Positions 52,236-64,000 of a stretch of DNA of 64,000 bases are shown one piece after another. A program made the position numbers and the translations under genes. Position 1 is the stretch's first letter. Each line of letters starts with the position of its first letter. Source of the stretch: Mytilus californianus (taxonomy: Eukaryota); the NCBI RefSeq assembly GCF_021869535.1, contig NW_026262593.1:43586001-43650000 (forward strand), in the 5' to 3' direction. The notes under the pieces were generated by a model. It was not told the DNA's origin. It worked only from the letters and a program-made list of their open reading frames with translations, and did no database searches.

Positions 52236-55200
52236 ATGGCTGAAACCAAAACATTCGAAAATCAAGAAAAAACTGCAATCAACATGCCTGGTCATTTGCC
52301 ACTCTATGGCAGTCAAAAAATTGACCATGACAAACTGCGGTACCCGCACTGCATTGTCTGGACACCAATACCATGTCTTACGTAAGCTGTTCTGAAATTT
52401 TCGTGTAACAATCACTTTCAGTTTCAAGAAAAAGTAAAATTAGGGGGGTAACACGAATGACCGAATAACACCGTTATTATTCAAATAACACTTGTAATGA
52501 CCGAATAACACTTGAAATTTTAATATTAGTACATATTGTTGACTTTTAAACAGTGATTATTAAATAATATTATATTATAAGTGTATTGTATAACTTAAAA
52601 ATGATTAACAGAAAGCTGGTCATTCGAGGTACTGAAATTAAGGTAAAACTGTAAAAACACTATTTATATACATTAAAGGTTTCAGACCACCAATTCAAAA
52701 TCCCTATCTATTCAACCAAATTTTGTTATTTTCACATCTTTCTAAATATTTTACCTTAAGTTTGACTTCATAGAAACCAGGTATATCCTTAATTGTACAT
52801 GTATCACCTTTATACATGCCAATTTTGAACCCATGTTTAAAGTCTTCTAAGAAAAATTGCCCATCACATGATAAGTACTACTAAAAATAACCCCTGGTTT
52901 TCTGGAAATCTTAAATTAGTATACTATGGAGTGCATTGATCCTCAATTTTTAATGCAAACTCATAGACAAGTAAATTTTGGCTCAAAATGGTCTAAGTAT
53001 ATTTCTCTTTCACCAAAAGTTTCATTTCTGCAAATTTGTTGGTTGGTTTAAGTAAACAATGACATCAAAAGCACTATTTTGTGTCAGAGTAGGGCTACTT
53101 TTACATACGTTGTAAATTGGAGGGAGTGAATTGGTGGTCTGACACCTATAAATGTATATATTCGTTGGGATTTTCTTGATATTTGTTGTAAAATATCAAA
53201 AGGTAGTGATCTTCAAATTAGTGTAGTTATATAGGTGTTATCTTTAACATGCCTCGCCTCTTCTCATATATGGTCAGATGCTTTCAAGAGGCGACGGCCA
53301 TACTTTCACAACGTCCATAGGATGTATGGTCCATACTTTATTCCCTTGTGGTTATAACATAAAATATAATAAAACAAGAAGTAATATTATTTCATACATG
53401 TAGTTCTAACATAAATATGATTTTTTTTTGCTTCTGTACATGTACATCTGCTGAAGACGAGTAGACTCATAGAAAATTGGTTTTAAGGTAATGCTTTTAA
53501 AATTCATCCCTACTATGACTTTGAAAATCGTTTTACAGCTTTCAATCAGCATGATCAGAGAGTAGAGAGTAAACAGCATATTCCATCTGTAATACCAGAG
53601 ACATTATGTCTCTGACAATACGTTCTTATTTAATATTGAAAATTCCCATTCATGGTCATTTGTCATAATTTATACTCAAATATGCCGAATTATTGCTCAT
53701 AAAACAAACGTATATGCAAATACAAGAAAAAAAAAGAAAATTGTGTTTTTCTTTTTATCGAACACTTAAAAATCGGTAATCTGGCATATTGAAAACCTGG
53801 TGTCTGCTGAACTCAATTTTAATCAATTAACTTGCATTTCTCGGGCCTGTGTGTCTTCATACGAACCTGATGTATGCAGACCCTTACATTTTTCTTATCC
53901 ATTGTTTTTCTTGGGCCTTTATCAGTCTGTGGACTTATTGAAATAAGTGATTTTTAAATCACTTATTTAAGTAGCAAATTCGAAGTTTTGTCACAAATTG
54001 TGATTTTGTAGTTTTACCAAAATTTTAAACACATAGCTTAAGATAATATCTTTTCATTAGTAAAATTGAAAAAAATGAACTTTTTGCCTCTTTTAAGCAT
54101 CAAGGTTATTGCCTTTGATGCAATCATTTAGCTGCAAATTCTATTTTACTTGAAAAAAATGCTATAACAATGGTTTTACATAATGAACTGATACTTTCTC
54201 AACAGATTTTTCCCAGCAGTGGGAGTATTTTTCCTGTAAAATTCAAGGTTTCATCTTATAGATTATGTAATAAAATTCTACTGTTCGCGATCAAAATTTC
54301 ACTGTTCGGGGGTGTTGAAATTAGTGGGGGTTATTAAAATAATGATACTTAAAGAAGTGATTTTTTGGAAGGAAATTGAGGTATGATACTTGAACAAGTG
54401 ATTTTTATGTCATTATCCTAGATTTAGTACAAGGTCATCACCTGACATGACCTGATCATCCTATCAACACAGATGTTGGTTCTGATAATTTTAGCAACAT
54501 AATTAGTTCCTGGATCATTAGTATTCTATATTTAAAGCTACAATAAAATTAAATCACTTAGTCTAGTGATTAATTTGTACTACTTAAATAGGTGATTATT
54601 AAAGAAAGACAACTCTTACTTCCAACCTTTATGTACATAATGTTACTTGAATCAGTGATTTAGAAAATCACTCATTTAAGTAAGCCCCCTGACTGTTTAT
54701 GCCAGCAGAACCTTCAATTTTTCTGATATATTGTATGACACATTTCATCTAGATGATCTCCCATTTTGGATATTCATTTTTAGTTGTCTTATTTTTTTCA
54801 GTTTGTTTTATGCAAGATATATTAATAAATATTTTATTAGATAAAGCACATTTATACATGTTATATATGATATATGTAATGCGTATTCCAAATGTATAAC
54901 ATTTAAAAACATGATCTGACAAATAGTGTAAATACAGCATAATACATTTACAAGTTATAATAACCATCTACATCATCAGTACATGCATATATCACACAAT
55001 ACTTTATAAATAAAATTTATTTCCGGAAAAAAACATGGACATGCACAAAATATCGACAATATTGTCCTATGGCCGATACATCTTTTCACGGTATGGCTGA
55101 TCATCCTATGGACGTCATGGCAATATGGACGTTGCGACCTGCATCGGGTCAGATCATATGTTTTTGTACGTCATATGAATTCGTACTATGCATGCTTTTT

Positions 55201-58200
55201 CAATGGGAATTATGACGTCACAATGCATTTTTAATACATTTTTGTAGCATGAGAACCCATGAGATGATCATGAGGATACTACAGGCAATGTCGTCAAAAT
55301 CTCTACAGAGCTTATGCTTGTAATGTGTAATGTTCATGTAAATTATTTATTCAATGATAATACTACTACAGAAAAAAAACGATTCCAAATTATACAAGAT
55401 ATGAGATGTTTTATTATGCCAATCATAGCGCCCATTACTGAGCAGAATAATCATTATAACAATAAACACAATATACAATTATGGACTGTCAATGACTGTA
55501 GAAAAGGTGAATATCAAAAATTATCAACTCTGAAATATTAATTTCCCTGATGGCACAGCCAAAAATAAAATAGAGTTGACATTTTTTTAGTCCCCTACCG
55601 ACGAAGTCGAAGGGGACTTTAGATTTGCACTCCGTCCGTCTGTCCATCCGTCAGTCCGGCAAATCAGCTTTCCACACTTTTTTTCTTCGTTCTTGAAGAT
55701 ATTGATTTGATATTTGGTATATAATTTTATCATGACAAGTTATAGATCAAGTTCAAATTTTATTCCGGTCTGATGATTAAGTCCAGAGTTATGGACCATA
55801 ACTCTGGACCATATCTAATGTTAAGAGTACTATGTTAAACCATATTTCTGTACAAAGGGAGATAACTCATTTTTTAAAAGACATTCTTTGTTAAATTATT
55901 TGAAGAATTTTTTGACAGGTTTGTTTATTATTTAGTATAAACTAATTTTCTGAATGCTATATATATATAAAAAAAAATTATGAAGATAAATCCTTTAATT
56001 AGATAATAATCTATTTTTATTAATGTATATATATCAATACATTACATTGTGTACAAAGTTGTTGACATTTTATAGATAAGTTACAAATTTATATCGGTTT
56101 GTGACAAATGAAAGAAAAACATATTTGGAACTATTAAATAACTATATCTGATTATAATTTGAAAATAGATATACACTGTACATTACATCATATCTAATTT
56201 TAGAGAACTATTAATCATATCTAATGTTTTTTTCATCATGCTTATAAGACAGTCAGGGATATAACTCTATAGGGTTATTACAGAAAATAACTTGCATTTG
56301 TTATTACAGATACTTTCATGGGTTGTCTACTCTTTATTCCTTAAATTTTCTAAATCTGTAATAACATATGTTTGTTATTTGTAAAATAAATCAAAAATAT
56401 TTTAATCTATAGTGGGCTCTAGGGAACTCTTGAGACTTTGCGCAGAAACTAAATACATAGCCTTGATAACTAATGTTTTAATTACATTAATACATTTTTT
56501 ATTTACCAAAAAGCTTTGGAGTGATGTAGAGAAGCTGTGATAACACCCTTTAGTTACAGTCATATTTTTTCTGTAATAACATAGGTGTAGATTGCATAAT
56601 TGGCAAACTGTGAACTGTTATATCTTTCTATAGTTGAGTATACATAAAGACAATAGTAATATCAATAGAACTTGTATACATTTTATCTAAACTAATGATG
56701 TATATTGTCCCTATGAAACATGTAACATACATATGTTATCACAGTTCTTTGACTTTTTAGTCCACAATAACAAATGTATGTTATTTTTCTGTAATAACCC
56801 TATAGAGTTATATCCCTGACTAAGATATTGATTGATAATTGGTATATATTTTTATCATGACAAGTTACAGATCAAGTTCAAATTTTTGTTTCAGTCTAAT
56901 AATATTGTGCAGAGTTATGGTCCTTGGGCTTGAAAAATTCACTCATATAATCAGTTTTCCACACTGTTTTTAGTCATGCTTGAAGATATTGACATGATAT
57001 TTACTTTTTATTTACACCATGACAAGTTATAGAACAAGTTAGCATTTTGTTCCAGTATAATGAATTTTTACCCGGTAGGGGACTATGTATTGCCATGCAA
57101 TACTCTCAGAATGCTTGTTATATTGATAATTCACTGGGGCCACAATATTTTGTTATTATCTTTTTCATTGTACCAAACTAACAGTTGAAGGGCCTTTTCG
57201 TTTTGAACCATTGAGGATACCTCTAAAAGAAGCACATGTCTTACTGCACAGTGTAGTAACAGATTGTCAAAACAATTGCATAAGAATATTTTTTGTCTTA
57301 GACCATGTAGACAATGTTAGAATGCTTCCTATGTACATCATGTACATACAACAAATGTAGATCCTCTGTAACATATTGATTGCCTTGAACATGTTGAAAA
57401 GGGCCATTTGCAACCAGAAAAGTCCTTTCTAAATCTCAGCAGATTCTCTGAATCACCATATATGTATTAGTAAAGTATACCACTTCACCACAATTGTTAT
57501 TTTTATTCTCCTAAAACATGTAAAATGGTCGAAATAAGAAATATATATGTTTTTTTTATTTTGGTGAAGAGCTACATTTGTATAGAATGGTCACAGCATG
57601 TGGTTGTGATAATGAACACTGCTCATGGAAGGTGTGTTCAACTCCAATCTTTATTGACAAGTGTTGCCAGTTTTCTTGAAGAATGAGTAAAACTCCATGT
57701 TCTCTGGCTTAAACTCTGCTACTTAAAACTGATGATAAAGCCATGTTCATTGAAAGTGGCATGAAAGCCAACAAACTTTAAAATGATGTTTGATATAATT
57801 GGTAGTGGTTTTACTCATTGTGAAGGCTGCACATTGACCTATAATTGCTTAAATTCATTTGGACTACTACATCATTTGGTCTCTGGTGAAGAGTTGTCTC
57901 ATTGGCAATCATACCTATCTTTTTATTTTTATATACTGTGGATTCATTTATTTTCGTGGGTACCAATTTTCGTGGATTAAGGAAAACTTGCATGTTAGTG
58001 GATATTTAATTTGGTGGTTTTGACTATGTCTGCATACAACAATGTACAAGCCTATAGTAAATTTGCCATTCGTTGAACATTTAATTTCATGGTTAACCTA
58101 TAATCACGAAATCCACGAAAATTGGTATCCAACGAATAATAATGAATCCACAGTACATTTTATATGTTGGATAGTTGTCTTATCATAATTATTGGCAATC

Positions 58201-60296
58201 ATTCCACATCTAATTTTATATTTTACCCAATATTATGTCATCATGGTCATATATGTAAGAGCATGTTTGATTTGCTGGGGTAGGTCTAAATTATGTTTAA
58301 CTTTATTTAATACTGAAACTGTTTGTCATAAATTTGTAAAGTTATTATAAATATATGTTCTTTATTCCAGATGGCTGTTTCCAATTATAGGACATATGGG
58401 AATATGTACTAGCACAGGAGTTATTAGAGACTTTGCTGGCCCTTATTATGTCTCGGTTAGTTTTCAATTCGTGACATATGACTCTTGGCTTTAAAAAAGC
58501 TTAAAATGTGTCATATGTATGATGAAGTTACCCTCCTAAAAAATAAATAAAAAAACGACATTCTTAATCAATAGTTTCTGTTATATAGTTATAATATTAC
58601 AAATAATTTACACTGCAAAATGACAAAGAAATTAGAAAAAAATAATAAGACTTTCAGAAGTGTCAGATGATTACTAAAATCAATTCAAAAACGTAAAACC
58701 ACTTCAAATGTTAGCTGATGGAACATCAAATGTTGAAATCTTTTTTTCATGGGTGGTCCTTGAAGAAAAACTGCAGGTCCTCATTATTATTTCTATTGTA
58801 AAATATCTAAAAATTGTGTTGGTCTCGAACTCAGTCCTTTGCAAAATTTTGGTGGTCAGGACCAAAAAATATTTGAACAATGAAGTGTTACTGGTATGTA
58901 TATGTATGGAGTTGTGAAGTCCCTACAAAGTAATTATTATTGTATTAATTTTATATAAATTAGGAGATGTATGATTGCCAATGAGACAATTATCTACCAG
59001 AGTTCAAATGACGAAGATATAAATACAGTTTGTAGTTGCATAATTTGTCTTATTTATGACAGTACAACATTTTTAGATTCATTTCTATGTTATAATGAAA
59101 GCATTGAACACATTGGATTTCAAAAAGAAGAAACATTTATGTATAAATCGAAATAAATTTATCACTTTGATGGTAAAGTGGTCAAAATACCATAGATAAA
59201 AAACACTGCAACTGAAAAAAAATTGTAGAAAAAACTTAGAATTTAATCTAATCAATTGATTTTCATATCAGAATGTGTAAATTGTTTCAAAATGCTATTT
59301 ATCTCTCTAATTGATATGTAAATGATTATTTTAATATTGCTCTTTAATTTAAGGAAGATGATATGGCTTTTGGAAACCCTGTAAAGTAAGTATGTACTGA
59401 GATAAATAAAAGTAAAATGTACGTTTTTTTTTCTAAATAGGAATGACCCAAAATACTGGTGTCACACATTTCATGTAAGCTTTGTCTTGTCTTCTGAAGT
59501 TGAAGATATCTACCTTTAATGAACCGCCTTGAGTGCTGGAGGTTGTTGATTAGAACCCTGCCGCTTCAAACCAAAGACTTTAAAATTGTTACTTGCTTTT
59601 TCTCCCCTTAGCATGTAGCATTAAGCATGTTAAGGAGTAAGAGCAAAGGCTGGTTTACTCAGAGTCAGAATAATGTGTCTGGGTATGGTGACATGTCTTC
59701 TTATTGACATTTACCTTGTGAACTAGCACGTTAAAAATCAGACTCAGCATGGCAGTCTAATACAAAGCAGGGTTACCATTCATATATCTTTAACATGTTC
59801 TCGCCCTGAATATGCATTTAATTTGCTGCTGGACATTAAGCAGACATCCATCATCATCATCACCTACCATTAATTTTAAGGAAAGGTTCTGGATTTATAC
59901 ATGGAGGTATTAACAAAAAGTATTTTACTTAAAAAAAACACCATTTAGTTGTTGCTGAATTATATGTATTTTGAAACTTGAGCCTTCACAAACATGTTTA
60001 ACCCCGCCACATTCTTTATGTGCCTGTCCCAAGTCATGAACCTGAAGTTCATTGTTTGTCGTTGGTTCATGTCTGTCATATTTTATTTTTCATAAATTGT
60101 TTAGTTTTAAATTAGGCTATAATAGTTTTCTCAATTGAATTGTTTCATATTTTTCATGTCGGGGCCTTTTATAGCCAACTATACGGTATGGGTTTTTCTC
60201 ATCTTTGAAGGCCATATGGTTGCCTTTAATTGCTTTCATCCACTTCATTTGAACTTTGGTGGATAGTTGTCTCATTGGCAATCATACCACATCTCT

Positions 60297-60328
<32 letters not shown>

Positions 60329-60890
60329 GTACATCAGCATCTTATATAAATTTGATAAAATAATTGTTATAGAATGGAACTTAATACTTTCTTTTATTAA
60401 GATAGAATTTTGGCACCCATTTTTGTCATGAATCCAGAAGTTGATAAGCATTATAAAGGTAATATCTGTCAGTTTAGTCAAATACTGTTGCAATTGTTCC
60501 CCATTATTGGTTTATAATGATTACTACATGTGTGAGGCCTGGGTATACACAAGTTTAAGTAACGAACTATGATATACATGTACATCTATGCAGTTATAAA
60601 TAGTTACTTTATTATATTTGTATAACAGATGTACACTATACCACTTGTATGATGCCTGTCCTTTTAGGATGGGAGACGTTATGTTTTAATATTTATTTCT
60701 TTTTCTTTAATGTATGAGCTAATATGTTAGCAATGCTGAAATCTTTAAGTCTGTAATAGAAATTTTTTTAACGCTATAACTATTTTTTCTTATCAGATAT
60801 TGGCAGCTAGACTTGGCTAAAGTGAATAATGGTAAAGAGTCCTGGGATCGTGGAGTGATGGACTCTTGTGAAGAATATAAACACAGAATG
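52236..60890 (+). CDS. TMEM222: Transmembrane protein 222 (RTE1-like family), exons 1-4; 3' exons not found in window
   Basis: Exons 52236-52381 (RYPHCIVWTPIPCLT), 58371-58455 (WLFPIIGHMGICTSTGVIRDFAGPYYVS), 59354-59385 (EDDMAFGNPVK) and 60797-60890 (YWQLD...WDRGV...EEYKHRM) match TMEM222 motifs as I recall them, with consistent splice phases. Confidence 0.95.
53265..55160. mobile_element. Possible older TIR element enclosing the CAGTC element
   Basis: ACGTCCATAGGATG (about 53311) is perfectly inverted to CATCCTATGGACGT (about 55102). Outer ends are poorly defined. Confidence 0.35.
53923..54695. mobile_element. Non-autonomous DNA transposon, CAGTC termini, 5-bp TSD
   Basis: TTTAT|CAGTCTGTGGACTTATTGAAATAAGTGATTTT...AAAATCACTCATTTAAGTAAGCCCCCTGACTG|TTTAT. 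Confidence 0.7.
55582..57119 (+). mobile_element. HINE-type element with central tandem repeats, interrupted by insertions
   Basis: Subterminal inverted repeat AGTCCCCTACCG / CGGTAGGGGACT, (GTCY)n tract, 3' palindrome GTATTGCCATGCAATAC. Confidence 0.7.
56250..56820. mobile_element. MITE with about 37-bp perfect TIR nested in the HINE
   Basis: TAAGA|CAGTCAGGGATATAACTCTATAGGGTTATTACAGAAAA...TTTTCTGTAATAACCCTATAGAGTTATATCCCTGAC|TAAGA. Confidence 0.8.
59530..59860 (+). mobile_element. Molluscan V-domain-type SINE remnant (RUDI/BivaV-like)
   Basis: TCAAACCAAAGACTTTAAAATTG...GCATTAAG...GGAGTAAGAGCAAAGGCTGGTT...AGAATAATGTGTCTG core and GGACATTAAGCA tail. Family assignment is from memory. Confidence 0.55.
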
Positions 60891-60980
60891 GTTTGTATTA
60901 TTACCTATCTTTTAAGTTATGAATACAATATTATTTTGTTGGGTTGTTTTCTTATTTATGTATTTGTATTTCTCATATCA

Positions 60981-62900
60981 TTTTTAGTCCTTTACCGACG
61001 AAGTCGAAGGGGACTTTAGGTTTGCACTTCGTCCGTCTGTCTGTCTGTCTGTCCATCTGTCAGTCCGGCAAATCAGTTTTCCACACTTTTTTTCTTTGTG
61101 CTTGAAGATGTTGATTTGATATTTGGTATATTATTTTATCATGACAAGTTACAGATCATGTTCAAGTTTTGTTCTGGTCTGATAATTATAATTTTGTGCA
61201 GAGTTATGGTCCTTGGACTTAGAAAATTCACTCAAATATTCAGTTTTCCGCACTTTTTTGCATCATGCTTGGAGTTATTGATTTAATAATTAGTACATTG
61301 TTTTATCATGACAAGTTACAGATCAAGTTCGAATTTTGTTCTGGTGCAGAGTTATGATCCTTGGACTTAGAAAATTCACTCAAATAATCAGTTTTCCTCA
61401 CTTTTTTTCATCATGCTTGAAGATATTGAATTGATAATTGGTATATAGTTTTATCATGACTAGTTACAGACGAAAAATTCGAATTTTGTTCCGGTCTGAT
61501 GATATTGTGCAGAGTTATGGTCCTTGGATTTACAAAATTCACTTGAACAGTTTTCAACACTTGTCATCATGCTTGAAGATATTGACTTGATATTTATACC
61601 CCCGCCGTACCGGAGGGGGCATTAAGTTTTACCCTTGTCCGTCTGTACGTACGTACGTACGTACGCACGTACGTCCCGAAATTGGTTTCCGTTCTCTAAC
61701 TTGAGTTTGCCTCAACCAAATGTAATGAAACTTATACACAATGCTTATTACCACAAAACACAGATCAAGTTTGAATTTTGGTGGCGTCACTTTAACCGAT
61801 CTAGAGTTATGCCCCTTTATAAAAGGAAATATTGCATAATTTTTAGTTTCCATTCTCTAACTTAAGTTTGCCTCAACCAAATGTTATGAAACTTATACAC
61901 AATGCTTATTACCACAAAACACAGATCAAGTTTGAATTTTGGTGGTGTCACTTTAACCGATCTAGAGTTATGCCCCTTTATAAAAGGAAAAATTGCAAAA
62001 TTTTTATTTTCTTCTAAATATCAAGTTTATATAATATATTTTTAAAATTGGAGTTATCTTCCTTTGACCATGATTATAGTTGAATCAACTACAATCAATG
62101 CTTTATACAATGCAATGTTTAATTTTGACTACCACTGATAAAACACAGATCAAGTTGAATTTGGGTAGTGTCACTTTAACCATTATTGAGTTATGCCCCT
62201 TTATAAATAGAAAGATTGCAAAATTTTTTAGTTTCCATTCTGTAACTGAAGTTTTCCCCAGCCAAAGATTGTGAAACCTATACACAATATTCATTCCAAC
62301 AAAACTCAGTAAAGATCAAGTACATTTTTTTTGTTTCAGTTCTCTAACTTGAGTTTGCCTCAACCAAATGTTATGAAACTTATACACAATGCTAATTACT
62401 ACATAATACAGATTAAGTACGAAATTAGGTGGCAACACTTTTACCATTCTAGAGTTATGTCCCATTATAAACATAAAAATTGCTGAATTTTTTAGTTTGT
62501 CTCATCCAAATGTTGTAAAACTTATACACAACCGTTCTAGAGTTATGCATCATTACAAATAGAAAAATTGCTGAATTTTTAGTTTCTGTTCTCTACTTAA
62601 GTTAGCCTCAACCAAATGTTATGAGACTTACACACAATGCTTATTACCACAAAACTCAGATCAAGTTCAAATTTGGGTAGTGTCACTTTTACCGTTCTTC
62701 AGTTATGTCCCTTTATAACTATATGATATGCAAGCGGGGGCATCATCTGTGTCCACATGTGGACACTATCCACATTTATTTTTATATAGTTTACACCATG
62801 ACAAGTTATAGATCAAGTTAGCATATTGTTCCAGTACAAATAATTTTTAACCGGTAGGGGACTATGTATTGCCATGCAATACTCTCAGAATGCTTGTTTT
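60981..62900 (+). mobile_element. HINE-type element (same family as 55582-57119) carrying about 160-bp central repeats
   Basis: Same 5' module, (GTCT)n tract, 3' CGGTAGGGGACT and GTATTGCCATGCAATAC palindrome. Confidence 0.7.
61593..62782 (+). mobile_element. Second HINE family nested inside the first
   Basis: ATACCCCCGC / GCGGGGGCAT subterminal inverted repeat, (GTAC)n tract, about 163-bp central tandem units, 3' palindrome GTGTCCACATGTGGACAC. Confidence 0.7.
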
Positions 62901-63324
62901 ATAAAAGTTCAGATTAACATTTTTCAGGTAAAATACAAGGAAAATGAATGTTAAAATTAAACACAATTCCATCAATTAAGGAAAATATCTTATGGACCTT
63001 AAAGTCATATCTCTAAGTATCCTGTATCTTCATGGAGGATTGTAGGAATGTTTTCAGTGCTACAGATAACTTGGTTAATACAAAATGCTTCAGAATCATA
63101 TCTATGTGTGTATACTGCATATATGAGCTTTTCATGTTTTTTGAACCAAACAATCAATACTGAGATTGTTAATTTGAATATACAATGGCTCTTTTGTGAT
63201 TGAGAGTCTTAAAACTATAGTTATACCTAAAGATCGATTGTTTTGTTATTTACTTTGCAAATATTATTACCATGAGAGACCAAATAATGTAGATGTGAGC
63301 AATTATAGGTCACGGTACAACTTT

Positions 63325-63600
63325 CATTTTTATACGACCGCAAAAAATTTTGCGGTAGTATATTGGTATCACGTCGTCGAAAGAAAAGAAAATCTCTTTT
63401 TATTTTTATTTTTTTCTTGTGGGGGGGGGTCAATTCACAACAGCATAGTGTATTGCACAAAAGCAAAAAAAGGGGGGTCAATTCGCAACAGCATAGTGTA
63501 TTGCACAAAAGCAAAAAAAGGAGGGGTCAATTTTTTTTTCGGGAGGGGGGGGTCAATTGGCAACAGCATAGTGTATGCACAAAAGCAAAAAATTGAATAT
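63325..63600 (+). repeat. HINE-like 5' module with about three copies of a 50-65-bp repeat
   Basis: TTTTATACGACCGCAAAAAATTTTGCGGT start; GGGGGGTCAATT.GCAACAGCATAGTGTATTGCACAAAAGCAAAAAA repeated. Confidence 0.5.
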
Positions 63601-64000
63601 AAATTCAAATCATAAAACCAATTCTAAGTTCTTTGACTACAGTTATTCTGTGTCAGAAACCTATTATGTGTCAAGTATTTAATTACAATGCAAATTCAGA
63701 CTTGTATCAAGTGCGAATATTGTGTCCATTTTTGCCCCAACTGTTCAGGGTTGGACCTCTGCGGTCGTATCCAGCTGTGCTCGGCAAAACAATTTATTAT
63801 CTTTAAGTTGACACTTTTTGACACAGTTAAAAAATCGCCTGCATATAATTGTATCAATTCACTGAAAATAGTGGATCTATAATGTTGTAATACAAATGGG
63901 AAGATGTGGTATTATTGTCAACTATTTACCAAATGACATTGATGTATGCAACTATAGTTTGTATGTGTGGTAAAATGGCTACACAGACTCTTTTCTAGTT

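Noticed and set aside
53447-53492. CTGAAGA...GAAA hammerhead-like string
   Set aside because: Stem II geometry is wrong and there are no flanking stems I and III.
57120-57780. Less AT-rich, Cys/His-rich stretch in TMEM222 intron 1
   Set aside because: The frames I translated have stops and no recognisable domain. It may be an old transposase relic but I cannot support that.
63196-63615. 139-aa ORF and overlapping ORFs
   Set aside because: Derived from the tandem repeats of a HINE-like element.

Overview
AT-rich, intron-containing animal genomic DNA. The repeat families and domain content point to a bivalve mollusc, most like Mytilus (inference). I rebuilt five spliced genes by hand from GT-AG junctions and reading phase; most short ORFs in the supplied track are spurious. 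(1) A clan-3 cytochrome P450 (CYP3A-like) on the minus strand, exons 1-10 at 11575-936, running off the left edge. (2-3) A tandem segmental duplication (about 11788-23174 and 23978-36230). Each unit carries a minus-strand 5-exon gene with an N-terminal DZIP3-type HEPN domain (intact R-x4-H motif, RNKITH), an uncharacterised alpha/beta middle region and a C-terminal NHL-like beta-propeller. The left copy is a pseudogene with four lesions; the right copy is intact except for a 2-nt insertion in the last exon. (4) A plus-strand single-pass C-type lectin-like receptor (41516-46949, 301 aa) without EPN/QPD/WND motifs. (5) TMEM222 exons 1-4 (52236-60890), with its 3' end not found in the window. The rest is dense in mobile DNA: Penelope-like RT fragments, SINEs, a CR1/L2 tail, MITEs, nested Helentron-type HINEs, two minisatellites and a long hairpin. 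The best candidate for an undescribed system is the duplicated HEPN-middle domain-beta-propeller gene, a possible sensor-gated RNase of innate immunity.
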